From: Mytilus trossulus
Taxonomy: Eukaryota
DNA: 64,000 nt
Reading direction: 5' to 3'
Assembly: GCF_036588685.1 (NCBI RefSeq)
Contig: NC_086381.1
Span: forward strand, 73,098,001-73,162,000
Below the pieces are notes generated by a model that saw only the letters and a list, made by a program, of their open reading frames with translations, was not told where the DNA came from and ran no database searches. The translations under genes and the position numbers were made by a program. Of this stretch, positions 24,854 through 36,388 are shown one piece after another; the stretch's first letter is position 1; each line of letters starts with the position of its first letter.

Positions 24854-27751
24854 ATGTTGCAATCGGTGTTGTCCTTTTTTAGATTCAAAGTAAGTAAATA
24901 TAAATATTTATATTCATTTCTATATTAATATATATTTTTTTAAAAGGAATTAACAAAGTGATTACATAAGTTATGCATTATTTATTCCATTTCAAGATCG
25001 TTTGACCCAAATACTGTTTGAATTAGTGTAAACAATATTTTATTCAGAAACAGATAAATAAATACATCCATAAATGCAAAACATGGATTGGAAAACAAGT
25101 GAATCAAGGAAGTTAAGTCCATATCTTCTTTTCTGAAATATTAATCACTTCTGCAATGAATTTGTGATTTCTACAAACGTATATTTAAGGTTAAAAGTGT
25201 GGACACACATTGATGACACAGATGCTTTAGTCTCTCTTGTGGACAGTTGTATCATTGGCAATCATGCCACATCTTCTTTTTTATATTTACATTGTTGATC
25301 ATTGTTAGGAGTGATGAACATATATATTATATATATGCTGTAGCTCAATTATTTGTCGTAAGCTTTATCTAGATAACGTCTCTATAAATTCCATTGCATG
25401 TGGTAACAGTTACCAATATAATGAAGCTTTAAAGTTGGAAGATTGCTTTCAAATCCAGTAGAAAATGTCTTTTACATGTATGGTGTCTTTGTTGTGGTTT
25501 TGGTCTTAATTAATCAATGAGTATTGATAAGTATTGATCAAAATACAGTTGTCACGTAATTTTAAGATCAATATTATTCTTGCCAACATGAATCCCAAAT
25601 AGCAGCAGTGGGGGAATCCAGAACTTTTCCTAATGGGGGGCTGGCTGATTGGCCTAAAAAGGGGGGGGGGCTCCAGTGATGCTTCAATGATTCCCTATAT
25701 AATCAACAAAAATTTTCCAACAAAAGGGGGGGGGGGGGGGGCCTGGATCTGCCTATGAGCAGTAAATGATATTTGTAGTGTGATAGCTTGTTTTATCTGA
25801 GACTAATACATATAGATTCAACATCTATTAGTCACAGATTTTATTTTTTACAATAGTTCATAATTTTGTCTGTTTTATAATTTTTATTTCCCTCTAGATG
25901 TCCCTTTATTAACTTTCGTCATTTCGTTTGGTTGTTGATTATCCATCGTATCCTTTTATTCATGTGATACTTATCCAATGCAGAGTTAAAAAAAAAACTT
26001 TGTTACTCCTAAAATCTATTGACATCTAACAAAGGCACTTTTTATTTCTTTTTCAGAATGATGAAACAGATGGTTACAAATCTGTTTGTGGAATCTGTCA
26101 TCTCCGCAATCTTTCCAAACCATCAGTGACCTGGTGTTCAGAATGTTATGAACATCTTTGTAAAACTTGTGTGGATAACCACACATTTTCTAGAGCAACG
26201 AAACACCACAAAACAATTACAAATTTGGAATACAACAAGTTATCTTCCTTTATAAAAAATATTAAACCATTTTGTGAAGAACATGAAGACAAATACCAAA
26301 TGTACTGTCAAAGTCATGAAAGTCCTTGTTGCAGGAGATGTTTACTAAAAGATCATCATAACTGTAAGGACATTCATCCATTGGAAAATATAGTGCAAAA
26401 TGTCAAATCATCCAGTGCTTTCGAAAACCTGGAAAAAAGTTTGGAAGAAATGATGAAAAATATCACACAAATCCAGGAGAACAGACTAAGCTACTTGTTT
26501 TCTGTACAGAAGTCAAAAGTAGATATTGAAAACGAAATTCAGCTAATTAGACTCCAAATAAACAAACATCTAGATCAAGTGCAGAACAAGCTTATAATGC
26601 AGCTAAATACAGAGGAAAACAAGGTTGTGAAAGAGATAGAAACTTTCACCAAGTCACTGAAGGAAAAAGAAAAAGAAATTGATGAACTTTTGACAAATGT
26701 TCAGCATTTAAAAACATGTGCATCAGACCTTCAAGCTTTCTTAAGCATGAAAAAAATAGAAAAGACATTTTTTCCTTGTGAACAGTATATCCAGAGTTTG
26801 TTCAAAGATAGAATTCTTGACCAAACTACCATATCGTGCAGTATCAACAACAAAATTAAAAAAATACACACAAGAATACAAAGTTTTGGGAAAATCAATA
26901 TAAGTAAAAAGGAATGTGATATTGCCCTAGTGAATGAAAGAGAAAGACAAGCACAACTTATGGTTGATGTGTCTATTGACAACTGTACTCTAAAGTTGAT
27001 ACAGAAAATGAATAATTTTGGTAGCCAGGTGACGGGATGTGCAATATTACCCAGTGGAAAGAAGCTGTTTTGTAATTTTTCACCAGCTCGCCTTATATTG
27101 GTAAACATGGATAAATTAATTGAAAAGACTATTTCTCTGGAAACAATGAGTGCCTTTGATGTGACACCCCTTGATCGAGATACAGTAGCTGTGACCTCAC
27201 CAGTAGATTCTTGTATTACAATAGTTGACCTTTGCAGACAGGATGCCATAAGAACTTTCAAAACACATGACAGCTGCTTTGGAATAACATTACATGATGG
27301 GCATTTAGTATTCTGTGCCTCAAATAAAGGATTGCAAAAGTTAGATTTACAAAATGACAATAAAATTACAAATGTTGTGACATTTAAATGTTCTGATGAA
27401 TCATATGTAACATCATGGCATGACCAATTGTACTTAGCAGATGCCAAAATGAAAGCTGTAGTTTGTTTCAATACCGAAGGAGAAGTTAAGTGGAAATTTG
27501 AATTGGAAGAAACAATTCTAGGAGGAATATCTGTCGATTGTCATGGCATTGTTATGGTTGCTAGTCGGAACACTGCTAATATTATCTTGATCTCTCCTAG
27601 CGAAGCTCGATATAAACACGTTCTAGGCTGGGATGACATACAAGACAGCCCTCTAGCTATTGATTATGATAAACACACAAAAAGTTTGCTCATTTCTTGC
27701 ATAAGTGGATCAGCCTTTTTGTTTATTGTAGAAAAGAATAAATGTTCATAG
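24854..27751 (+). CDS. RING-less TRIM-like protein (2 B-boxes, coiled coil, NHL-like beta-propeller), ~576 aa
   Basis: Exon 24854-24889 (MLQSVLSFFRFK, GTAAGT donor, phase 0) joins exon 26057-27751 in frame; CGIC...WCSEC...LCKTCVDNH...HH; CEEH...YCQSH.SPCC..C...H; heptad region; propeller-like repeats. The small first exon is less certain than the main exon. Confidence 0.85.
25606..25757. mobile_element. Short non-autonomous DNA element with poly-G tracts
   Basis: Imperfect TIRs CAGTGGGGGAATCCAG / CTGGATCTGCCTATG; direct 5-bp flank AGCAG on both sides. Confidence 0.65.
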
Positions 27752-28137
27752 CCAAGTCTTTACAATGTTCTTGCTTTTTATGCCACACCTAGGGACATTA
27801 TGTTTTTCAGTCTGCATCCATTCATTAGTCTGTCTGTCCCACTTAAGGTTATAGTTTTTAATGAGGTGGAAATCTAAGAACACATGTTCCATAAAATATA
27901 TGTCAATGATATGATCTTACTATCACATGACTATTAAGTTTTAATGCAAAATTAATAGTTTTGACCCAAATTTCATTGTCCTCTGAACATTGAAAATTGT
28001 ACGAGTTGGGCATCTATGTAATATGGACAGAAGATAGCATAATCCAGTTTACTGCAACATGTATTGTGAGGTTTTTTTGTATAGTTTTAATGCTCCAACA
28101 TGTCTTTCTTTAATCTCCTTCACTAGAACTTCTAGAA

Positions 28138-28320
28138 GTCTAGGTCAGGGGTGGAGTCAGGATAATCTAGGTCAGGGTGGAGTCAGGATAGTCTAGGTCA
28201 GGGGTGGAGTCAGGATAGTCTAGGTCAGGGCTGGATTCAGGACAGTCTAGGTCAGGGGTGGAGTCAGGATAGTCTAGTTCAGGGGTGGAGTCAGGATAGT
28301 CTAGGTCAGGGGTGGATTCA
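28138..28320. repeat. 27-bp minisatellite, ~6.5 copies
   Basis: tctaggtcaggggtggagtcaggatag repeated between the convergent 3' ends of the TRIM-like and RHNO1 genes. Confidence 0.9.
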
Positions 28321-28960
28321 TGATTTTTTGAAAGGGGGTGCTCTACAGCCTTTGCAAGTCTTCTGTGTTTTTTTAATTTTGGTTCATTTATGTCATCTTT
28401 GTTAACAATAAATTCATCAGCAAAAAGAATGATCAACAGACAACAGGGTCCAAAGAGTCCTCTTTACTCTTCTACAATCTTATTAGCTAAGTAGCCTGTA
28501 CAGAACACTGGACATCAGTTAGAGATATAACTCAAGTCAACCAATGTATTCTGAGCAGGGTTTACAAAACGGTGCTATCAATAAAATATAAATAAACAAT
28601 CAACAATATGTGTACTAAAATAAATTATCATTTGCATAAGATACATGTAACATATGAAAATATTGCACCAGTCACAAATATATCAAAAATATTGTGTTTA
28701 TTACAAATTTGTAACATTCCAACCATTCAATCAATTTGATGTATTTGATTTTTAAACTTTTATATTATTCTTATGAAAAGATGTCATGATACTATGGGAA
28801 TGAAAAATTAAATGTAAAAATGTTTTCTTTAAAATTCCAAAAATCATATTAAATTTTTTTTTGGAATAAAAGTCCAAACAACATGTACAATTCTTAGGCC
28901 AAATATACCTTTCAAAGTTAAAAGATTGAACGGTTGGAATCTTTAACATAATAACTTGAC

Positions 28961-30873
28961 CTAGATATTACATTTTGTCCGTATTTTTCTCAATCTTCTA
29001 AGTCTATAAGGAATACCATAATCTGCCTCAGGTGTGTCTGCTACTAAGACATGTCCATTGTTGTTTCGACCAGACGGAGAATAGACTGAAGTGTTTAAAT
29101 TTTTCAAAAGCCTGTTAGGTTTATTTTTCATATCTTTATTTGCTTTGGAAGATTTTCTGTTCTTTATCAAAGTGAACACATTTGTTTCTGGTGATTCTTG
29201 GAGAGAAGTAAACAATCTTTTGACAGGTGATGGGATTTTGTTGACAGGTGTTCCATTGGAGTCATCCACCTCTGTAAAGTCATTTCGAATAATAGCCTTG
29301 ACCCTTGGAATGATATTTGTCACAGGTGTATGAAAAGAAGTGTTTCTATGGTTACCAAGGTCAAAATTGTCATCTGAATTATCCTGATCCCCTGTCTGTT
29401 TAACCATAAGATCATTTTCACTTGCAAGCTTTCTTTTTGACACCAAACTCTTTCTTTTACTTCTACTTTTCCTCTTTAGAGCTGTCTCAGCTCGATTTAA
29501 ACATGGTGATTTTTTTTCCTGAGAAATATTAACATTTTCCTCTTCTTCTGAAAATGAGAGATCTTCAACAATTGTTACTGGGGGTGTTTTCTCACCAAAG
29601 AATTTTAATGGTTCATATTTATTGCTTACACCTCCAGCAGGATTTCCATGGGAACCATGATGGCATGTACATTTTGAGCCTGATGTACTCCTACGTTTCC
29701 TTTGTTTCTTCACCTTTCTGGTTGATGCTTGGTTTCCACTGAATTGTGGAGATACCTGTAATATAGATTTATTTACTGTCAACTTAGTCCAGATAATCCT
29801 GCCGTCTGCTGTGGGTATTTTTTATTTTGCCTTTTTTTTTTATCCCACATTGCAGGAAGCATCAAACCAAAAAAAATCATAATTATGTGGACTATGTACA
29901 ATGTATATATATACTGTCAACTAAAAAAAGTACAAGAAAAAATGTGGATTACATATTTTTTTCTTGTCATTGTTCAGTTTCACTGTAATAATAAAGTGAT
30001 TTTCCTACACACCCAGCGGTAAGAACCCTCACGCTTATTATTTTGACTACAAAATTTTTTAGTAACTTACATAGTTAAGGGTTCAAATTGACATTTGATA
30101 TTTTGAAGATACAATGTAGTTGTCTCATTGGCATTCATACCAAATCTTGTTACATGTATATATGTTTAAATAAAAATAACAAGAAATGCTACATGAAAAA
30201 TGAAAATAACATTTTATAAATTTTGTTAGTCCAAATGACATTCAAGATTCTCTTCCAAACAAACACAAATATGTTGCTTTAAGCAAAGAGTTCTAAATAA
30301 TGGTTTTGGAGGGCAAGTCAAGGGACTCTACATTTTCAGTCATGGCCATGGCAATTCAAATGTAACATGAGGGGAAGCAATGAAATTGTTATTTAATTTT
30401 TCATTAATGTTTCCATAACCATGATAACATATAAAAGAGCAAGCTGATGACCTGAAATTTGGATTTTTTTTTTACATAATTTGGCTGTAAAAGGACGAAA
30501 TTTGGTCAGTTGTTATATTGTAGATCTTGATGCATGTTTGGCCTCATCGGTTTTCAAAATGATGAGTCAACCAGACTTTGGTGAGTCAAGGACTAATGGA
30601 CCTGCCTGGGAGAAAACCTTGAAGCATTATAGATAATATTGCCTTCAACAATGAGCAGAAAAGTACTCATCATATTGAGTATAATTGCTTAGCTATTATA
30701 TTCTTACTGTAATTTATTACCCATGATAAATCCCCTACAGGGACTGATTTTGCTGTGAGTGGATGTCTAGAACAATAAACTGGTGAAGGGACATTACTCT
30801 GTATGTTTACTGGACTCTCTGTGAAGATCAGGGGAGCCTTGTTATTGTGTAATGACTTTCTCCTCCTTGGCAT
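28961..30873 (-). CDS. RHNO1: RAD9-HUS1-RAD1-interacting nuclear orphan 1 (RHINO) orthologue, ~315 aa, 2 coding exons
   Basis: Exons 30873-30721 and 29755-28961 (phase 0). Motifs occur in the order I recall from vertebrate RHINO: MPRRRK..KAPLIF, SW|VSPQF, KYEPLKF, VLVADTPEADYGI..R.RR. An acceptor at 30924-30926 implies an upstream non-coding exon. Confidence 0.88.
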
Positions 30874-31197
30874 ACTGGGAGGCTAGACACAATCACTGCA
30901 TATCTATTTCTGTTTTAAAACTTCTGAAAATAAAACAAGCTTCCTATTAAGTTTTAGTGATATGAGATCTAATGATGGTTCAAGATGTCTTATTTTTAAT
31001 AGACAGGCTGTATCAGGCCCACTTGCCTCACACTTCATCTACAGGAAAAGAAAATATATTTTTATATGAAACCAACTTCCATTTTATGATTCAATGTAAT
31101 GTAGTGTGTCGTTTATTATGGAATCTTTTTGGTCAATGTGTTTTGTCTCAAAGTCTCAAATAAAATCACACTGTAATCTGTTAAAGATAGAATATCA

Positions 31198-31495
31198 TAA
31201 AATTTAGATTGGAAATGGGGAATGTGTCAAAGAGGCAACAACCCAAACCGAAGAAAAAAAACCAACAGCAGAAGGTCACTAACAGGTCTTCAATGTAGTG
31301 AAAAATTCCCGCACCAGGAGGCGTCCTTCAGCTGGCCCCTAAACAAACATATACTAGTTCAGTAATAATGAACGCCATACTAATTTCCAAATTGTACACA
31401 AGAAACCAAAATTAAAATAATACAAGACTAACAAAGGCCAGAGGCTCCTGACTTGGGACAGGCAAAAAAATGTGGCGGGGCTGTCTTAACATGTT
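31198..31495 (-). repeat. Dispersed repeat family D; other copies ~36975-37310 and ~51368-51700
   Basis: Shared ggaaatggggaatgtgtcaaag...gtcttcaatgtag...ccttcagctggcccct...caagactaaca. Confidence 0.8.
31436..31480 (-). ncRNA. 3' half of a twister-like ribozyme (family D)
   Basis: CCCC-GCC-ACATTTTTTT-GCCTG-TCCCAAGT-CAGGA-G-CCTCTGGCC. Confidence 0.6.
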
Positions 31496-31524
31496 TATAC
31501 ATGTAACATATTAAAACTAAACAA

Positions 31525-32820
31525 TAGATATAGGAAGATGTGGTGTGAGTGCCAATGAGACAACTCTCCATCCAAATAACAATTTAAAAATTAAACCATT
31601 ATAGGTTAAAGTACGGCCTTCAACACGGAGCCTTGGCTCACACCGAACAACAAGCTATAAAGGGCCCCAAAATTACTAGTGTAAAACCATTCAAACGGGA
31701 AAACCAACGGTCTAATCTATATAAACAAAACGAGAAACGAGAAACACGTATATATTACATAAACAAACGACAACTACTGTACATCAGATTCCTGACTTAG
31801 GCAATTGCAAATATTTGCAGCGGGATTAAACGTTTTAATGGGCCCAAACCTTCTCCCTTTTTCTGAAACAATAGCATAACATCACAACATATAAAAACAT
31901 ACGATAAAATATCAATTAGCAGACTTAACTCAATCAAAAAACGTATGATTACACAAAGAACGAATAAATTTGATCTGCGATATCTGAATACAAATGCACA
32001 GTTAATTAAATATTAGAGACAAACAGTCATGACCAAAAGGCTATCAAACAATTTCAAACACACTGAGAAATATTTAACCAATCAATGTTCACTTTAGAAA
32101 AAAACCGGTTTTTTATAATCTTGAAGTTTATACAAATGTTGTAAGAATAAGTGAAAAATTGAAGATATTACAAATAATCAAAGCTGGTATACAGCCAAGA
32201 TCCATATAATTAAAAATGACAAAAAAGCATTATAAACAGTATCAACAGGTCGAATTAACAAGAAAATACGATTTGAGAGTACTCGCAGTTACTGACAGCT
32301 AGTTAAAAGCCAAAACCAATTAATAGTAAAAAATCATGCATCAGAGACTAAAATCGACTAAAACACATCACAGGGATTTAGTATTTTAACGTCATTTATA
32401 GTCAAAGAAGACATGACTTGTGCAATGCCAAAAATAAATGTATCGACAGGTAGTAGTATAGTGAAGAGCGACTTCTATAGAAATGAAAGTTAACGTGGCT
32501 GTGTCCCCTATACATCTCGCCTCAAAAGATAATGAAATTTAGTTATGTTTTAATTTGCTAATGACAAAATCAATATTAGTGCCAATGTGAACTATATTCA
32601 GAGATCTAATTACAATATTGGTACGATAACCCTTACTTATAAGTTTGTTTAAAGGTTCGATGAGTTTACAAGGATCACATAGTGATTTCCTCGCTTTAAG
32701 TACAATATTACCATAAAATTTAGGATGAGAAATACCATTTTTAATAAGCTTTCTACAGGTATAGCCAAATTTACTAATCAAATCTTTGTATCTATGAAAG
32801 AATTTAGTAAAAGTTTTAAG
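31525..32820 (-). mobile_element. 5'-truncated retroelement, probably Penelope-like: C-terminal end of the RT ORF plus ~1 kb of 3' region (family A)
   Basis: ORF remnant LKTFTKFFHRYKDLISKF...GISHPKFYGN...KGY at 32820-32539 resembles the post-RT region of molluscan Penelope-like elements. Its distal end (gaagatgtgg...gccaatgagacaactc) recurs at ~1-50, 5760-5950, 8500, 18970, 25230, 40810, 44200, 58250, 61925. Confidence 0.65.
31774..31874 (-). ncRNA. Twister-like ribozyme, type P5, in the 3' region of the Penelope-like element (P4 5' strand damaged)
   Basis: TCAGA-AAAA-GGGA-GAAGG-...-TAA-TCCC-GCT-GCAAA(TA)TTTGC-A-ATTG-CCTAAGT-CAGGA-A-TCTGA. Confidence 0.6.
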
Positions 32821-33540
32821 TATATGTCTGTTACTGAAAAAAATCCATTTTACTCTCTAACATTATTACAATGTATACTATCATAATAAAAAATTTGCAT
32901 GCGGCACCCTAATAAATGTTATTTCACCTATTCAAAGATAAGATGTTACATAATTATAAATTAAACTATCAAAACTAAAGATCTCTTTCTTCAAGTCTTG
33001 TTTGTCATGAGAATTTTAGTATTATATATATTTATCAGTCTAATAATAAATAGGGATGAGCACAATAACAATTTTGTTTTAAATTAATTATTCTTAGGTC
33101 AGTGATACTGTTGGCTTTTTTCAAAACTACCCTTTCCCCTTTTTATTGGGAAAATATGCATAATTTTTATCAAATTGGGAAAATAAACCATGAATTTGAT
33201 AGGAGCTTCAATTTACAGACCCCCTTTCAAGAGGTAAACCCTCATTTATAATAAGACCCCTTATTGTCAGTGATGATACATAAATAGACTGAAATCTGCA
33301 CATATAGTCATTGTAGGCATGAAAAATGTTTCAATGAGTGTTTTTCAGTTTGTATTTAATGCACAATTACTACTGAGACTGCACTGTTTGGGAAAAGATT
33401 TTATTTTCTGGTAATTTTTAAAAGGCAAACATAATTTATCACTGTTAGGTATGAAAAAAAAAGTTACCTGCTGATAGATGTAGCGTCTCTTTGTTTAAAT
33501 TGAAAATGGCATAATGACTAAAATGATGTCGCAAATCCAT

Positions 33541-34148
33541 GACAAATCGCCCCACTGGCAAATCGCCCTACTCTTGTTTACCAACTCGCCCCACTTATAA
33601 AAAAGGCTAAAATCCCATTACAAATAGGTTGGATAGCATGCCCCACTTATGAAAAGGGTTAAAATACCAATGACATAAGGTCTGCCAACACGCCCCACTC
33701 TTGACAAGTAGATAAACCATGACGACCACTTATGAAAAAAGATGCAATCTTGTTGTATATCTACATGTACATTGTATGTCCCTGCCCCACTTCAATACCC
33801 ATGAAAACTTTAGTGTGGTGCTATAAATCAAATTGCTGTTATTTGAAATACTTCAATTGTATGATAATGATTCAATTAACAGGTTTATTTTCAGGTTATG
33901 TTATACATTTGTACAATTAATTAAGTTTACAAGTATAAATTTTTCTCCAATAATGATACGAAAATGAATTTGCAATTATATTTTAAGAATGTTAAAATCA
34001 TTTTTTCAATGAGTGGGACGAGTTGACTGGGGAACTCTTTTCACAAGTGAAGCGATTTTTTATAAAGTGGGGCGAGTTGTTCAACCAGTATGGGGCGATT
34101 TTTTAAAGTGGGCTGATTTGGTGTGGGGTGTTTTGCCAGTGGGGCGAC
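33541..34148. mobile_element. MITE with inverted subterminal CGCCCCACT repeats
   Basis: Left arm (cgccccact)n and right arm (agtggggcg)n around an AT-rich core. Confidence 0.8.
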
Positions 34149-34399
34149 ATCCACATCTAAAATCCCTAACAATAGAACCTAATTGGAAACGTAACGATAT
34201 TTCCATTCCTTTTATGAACATCAAAATATGTTAGAGTTTAAAAGAGTATTTGATACAGACTTAATCCCCCTTTCACAGGTAATGCCTAAATGTTAAATTA
34301 AATTATTGACCGAAAGTAAACTTCATTATGTTGTCATTGTTGATGGTTTTCTGAGACTGAAGAGGAAAACTAAAATCTCTAAAGTAAGGTGAATTTAAG

Positions 34400-35300
34400 G
34401 TGTAATAAGGCAAAACAGTCTGTATGGGCGTATAGATCTGAAGCAAAAACGTAAGCAAACGTACCATAAATAGAAAGTACTAAGTGATGACTTACAACAT
34501 CATGTTTAGTGTTTATAAAAAATCAACAAAACAAATGTTTTTATTTATACACATTTAGCATTGTCTGTGTTTTAAAACTGTTTATATGTGCTTCTTCCTA
34601 TGTGAAAAGCACTATCTGCGTCATATGAACATTTAAACAGTATGTTTGGTACTTGCATTGCAAATACAAACCGAAAACAAGTCAAGGCACATTCACATGT
34701 CTGTGTTTTGTCTGGTCGCCATATGTAAACAATACACATTTTGTTTTAAAACATCTGATTTGCTGCTAAAAATAAATTAACCAATGAAGTTCAGTTTTAC
34801 AAAAAGATATTTTATTTCAAGTCTCGTTTAATGACGTTATCCTTCGTGGACAAAATTTCATTGGTCAATCTTTAAATGTGCCCCAAAATTCAAAAATGGA
34901 TGACAGTCAAGCTTGGACTTGAAATGTAAACGCTAGTAACCTTTTTTTTTAGTTTGATTACCAAAATGTGATCAGGACCATCAAGTCTCCCACACAAACT
35001 TTAAAATTGAAAAAATAGTTATAACTGGCCACCTACCTGCCTGCACAGCAAATATGATGCCTCAGTTTTTTCTCTGTATAAGAACGAGCGCGGTGACATT
35101 TTAGATTCCGCACAAAGAAAGTTCCTTCCAATTGCTTTCATTTAATTTTGAGACGTTCAACCATTCAGCATTTACATTCGATATTCCAATAATTATCATT
35201 GTTTAACCCTTAACTTTCGTACAATTCCCCTCTCAAATTGAAATGCCGAAATTGAAAGAACTGCACACAAAATTAAATTTTGAACTGGTAACAAACTGTT
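34400..35300. promoter_or_regulatory. Candidate bidirectional RHNO1/FOXM1 promoter region
   Basis: Repeat-free stretch between two MITEs; CCAAT at 34781, 35128, 35186, ATTGG at 34860; CHR-like TTCAAA at 34889 and TTTGAA at 35279; outward-facing candidate donors near 34494 (-) and 35288 (+). Short motifs are weak evidence in AT-rich DNA. Confidence 0.4.
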
Positions 35301-35493
35301 GCAGGGAATTAACAATAAAAATCATTAGAATAAATGAATGCAAAAAAAACCCATTTCAAATGTGTTATTGACATTGAACATGTATTTCCATTGACAGCAT
35401 TGTTCCCAGAATTAATCTTAAATATGCATGTAACACAAATTATGCCAGAATCAGTGAACATTTCAAGATTTTTTCTCTTCTAGAATATGGTAT

Positions 35494-36388
35494 CAGGTTC
35501 GTTTGCACCCAATCCACTTTCGCACCCTACACATACATGTACGCACCCAAGGTCCGTTCGCACTCTACACTTTTGCGCCCAATTTTAATTCAAATCCAGT
35601 TGAATAATTGGAAAATCATGATTGTTGTTATAAATTGCTTTGGTGTAATTAAAACATAAGGTTTTAAATGAAAAACACAAAAGATAATTGTTTTAAACAG
35701 CTTGGTCCCTTTGATCTGAAACAATAGGGCTCTTCACGGTTAGTTCGGCCATATTGGATAGGGGGCAGATTTTTTGGAAAAAGGTGGAAATAGTATGAAA
35801 GTGTGGGAAATCCTATGTGTGTTTCCAAGCAACAGCTCTGTTTTAATGATGTTTTCCCATATTTTTCACACCATTTTCACCTCTTTTATGAAAATCTGCC
35901 CCCTATCCAATATGGCCGAACTAACCGTGAAGAGCCCTATTAAATATAGCAATACACTATTATAACCAAAACATGATAAAATTTATTCAACACACTAAAA
36001 TAATTCTGTATTCTGTATTAATCAAAGTCACTAAAATAACGCAGTCAGAATCTCACTTTATTTTGAAACAAGTGAAGAAACAAAGTTATATAGCAGTACA
36101 CTAACCAAAACATGATGAAGAGTTTTTCAACACAAAATAAAACGTTGACAGAATCCTACTTTATTTAGAAAGGATTAAATTTTTTTTTTAAATGCACTAT
36201 CCAAAACATGATTAAGATTTATTCAACACAAAAAAAATGCTATCTCACTTTATTTTGAGATAATGACAACAAGTATTAGAATACACTTGCCAAAACTTGA
36301 TTACTAAGCTATAGTTATTGAACACAAAACCAATTAAAATTGGGCGCAAACATGTAGGGGGCGAACGAGAATGGGTGCGAAATGAATC
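35494..36388. mobile_element. MITE with (TTCGCACCC)-type inverted subterminal repeats, hosting a nested MITE
   Basis: Left ttcgcaccc units and right gggtgcgaa units. Confidence 0.75.
35727..35937. mobile_element. Young nested MITE with ~47-bp perfect TIRs
   Basis: GGGCTCTTCACGGTTAGTTCGGCCATATTGGATAGGGGGCAGATTTT and its exact reverse complement; TA on both flanks. Confidence 0.9.

Noticed and set aside
26731-27471. 246-aa antisense ORF
   Set aside because: Shadow of the TRIM-like exon; no recognisable motifs.
28167-28436. 89-aa ORF with PDLDYPDST repeats
   Set aside because: Open frame explained by the 27-bp minisatellite; non-ATG start and no convincing splice context.
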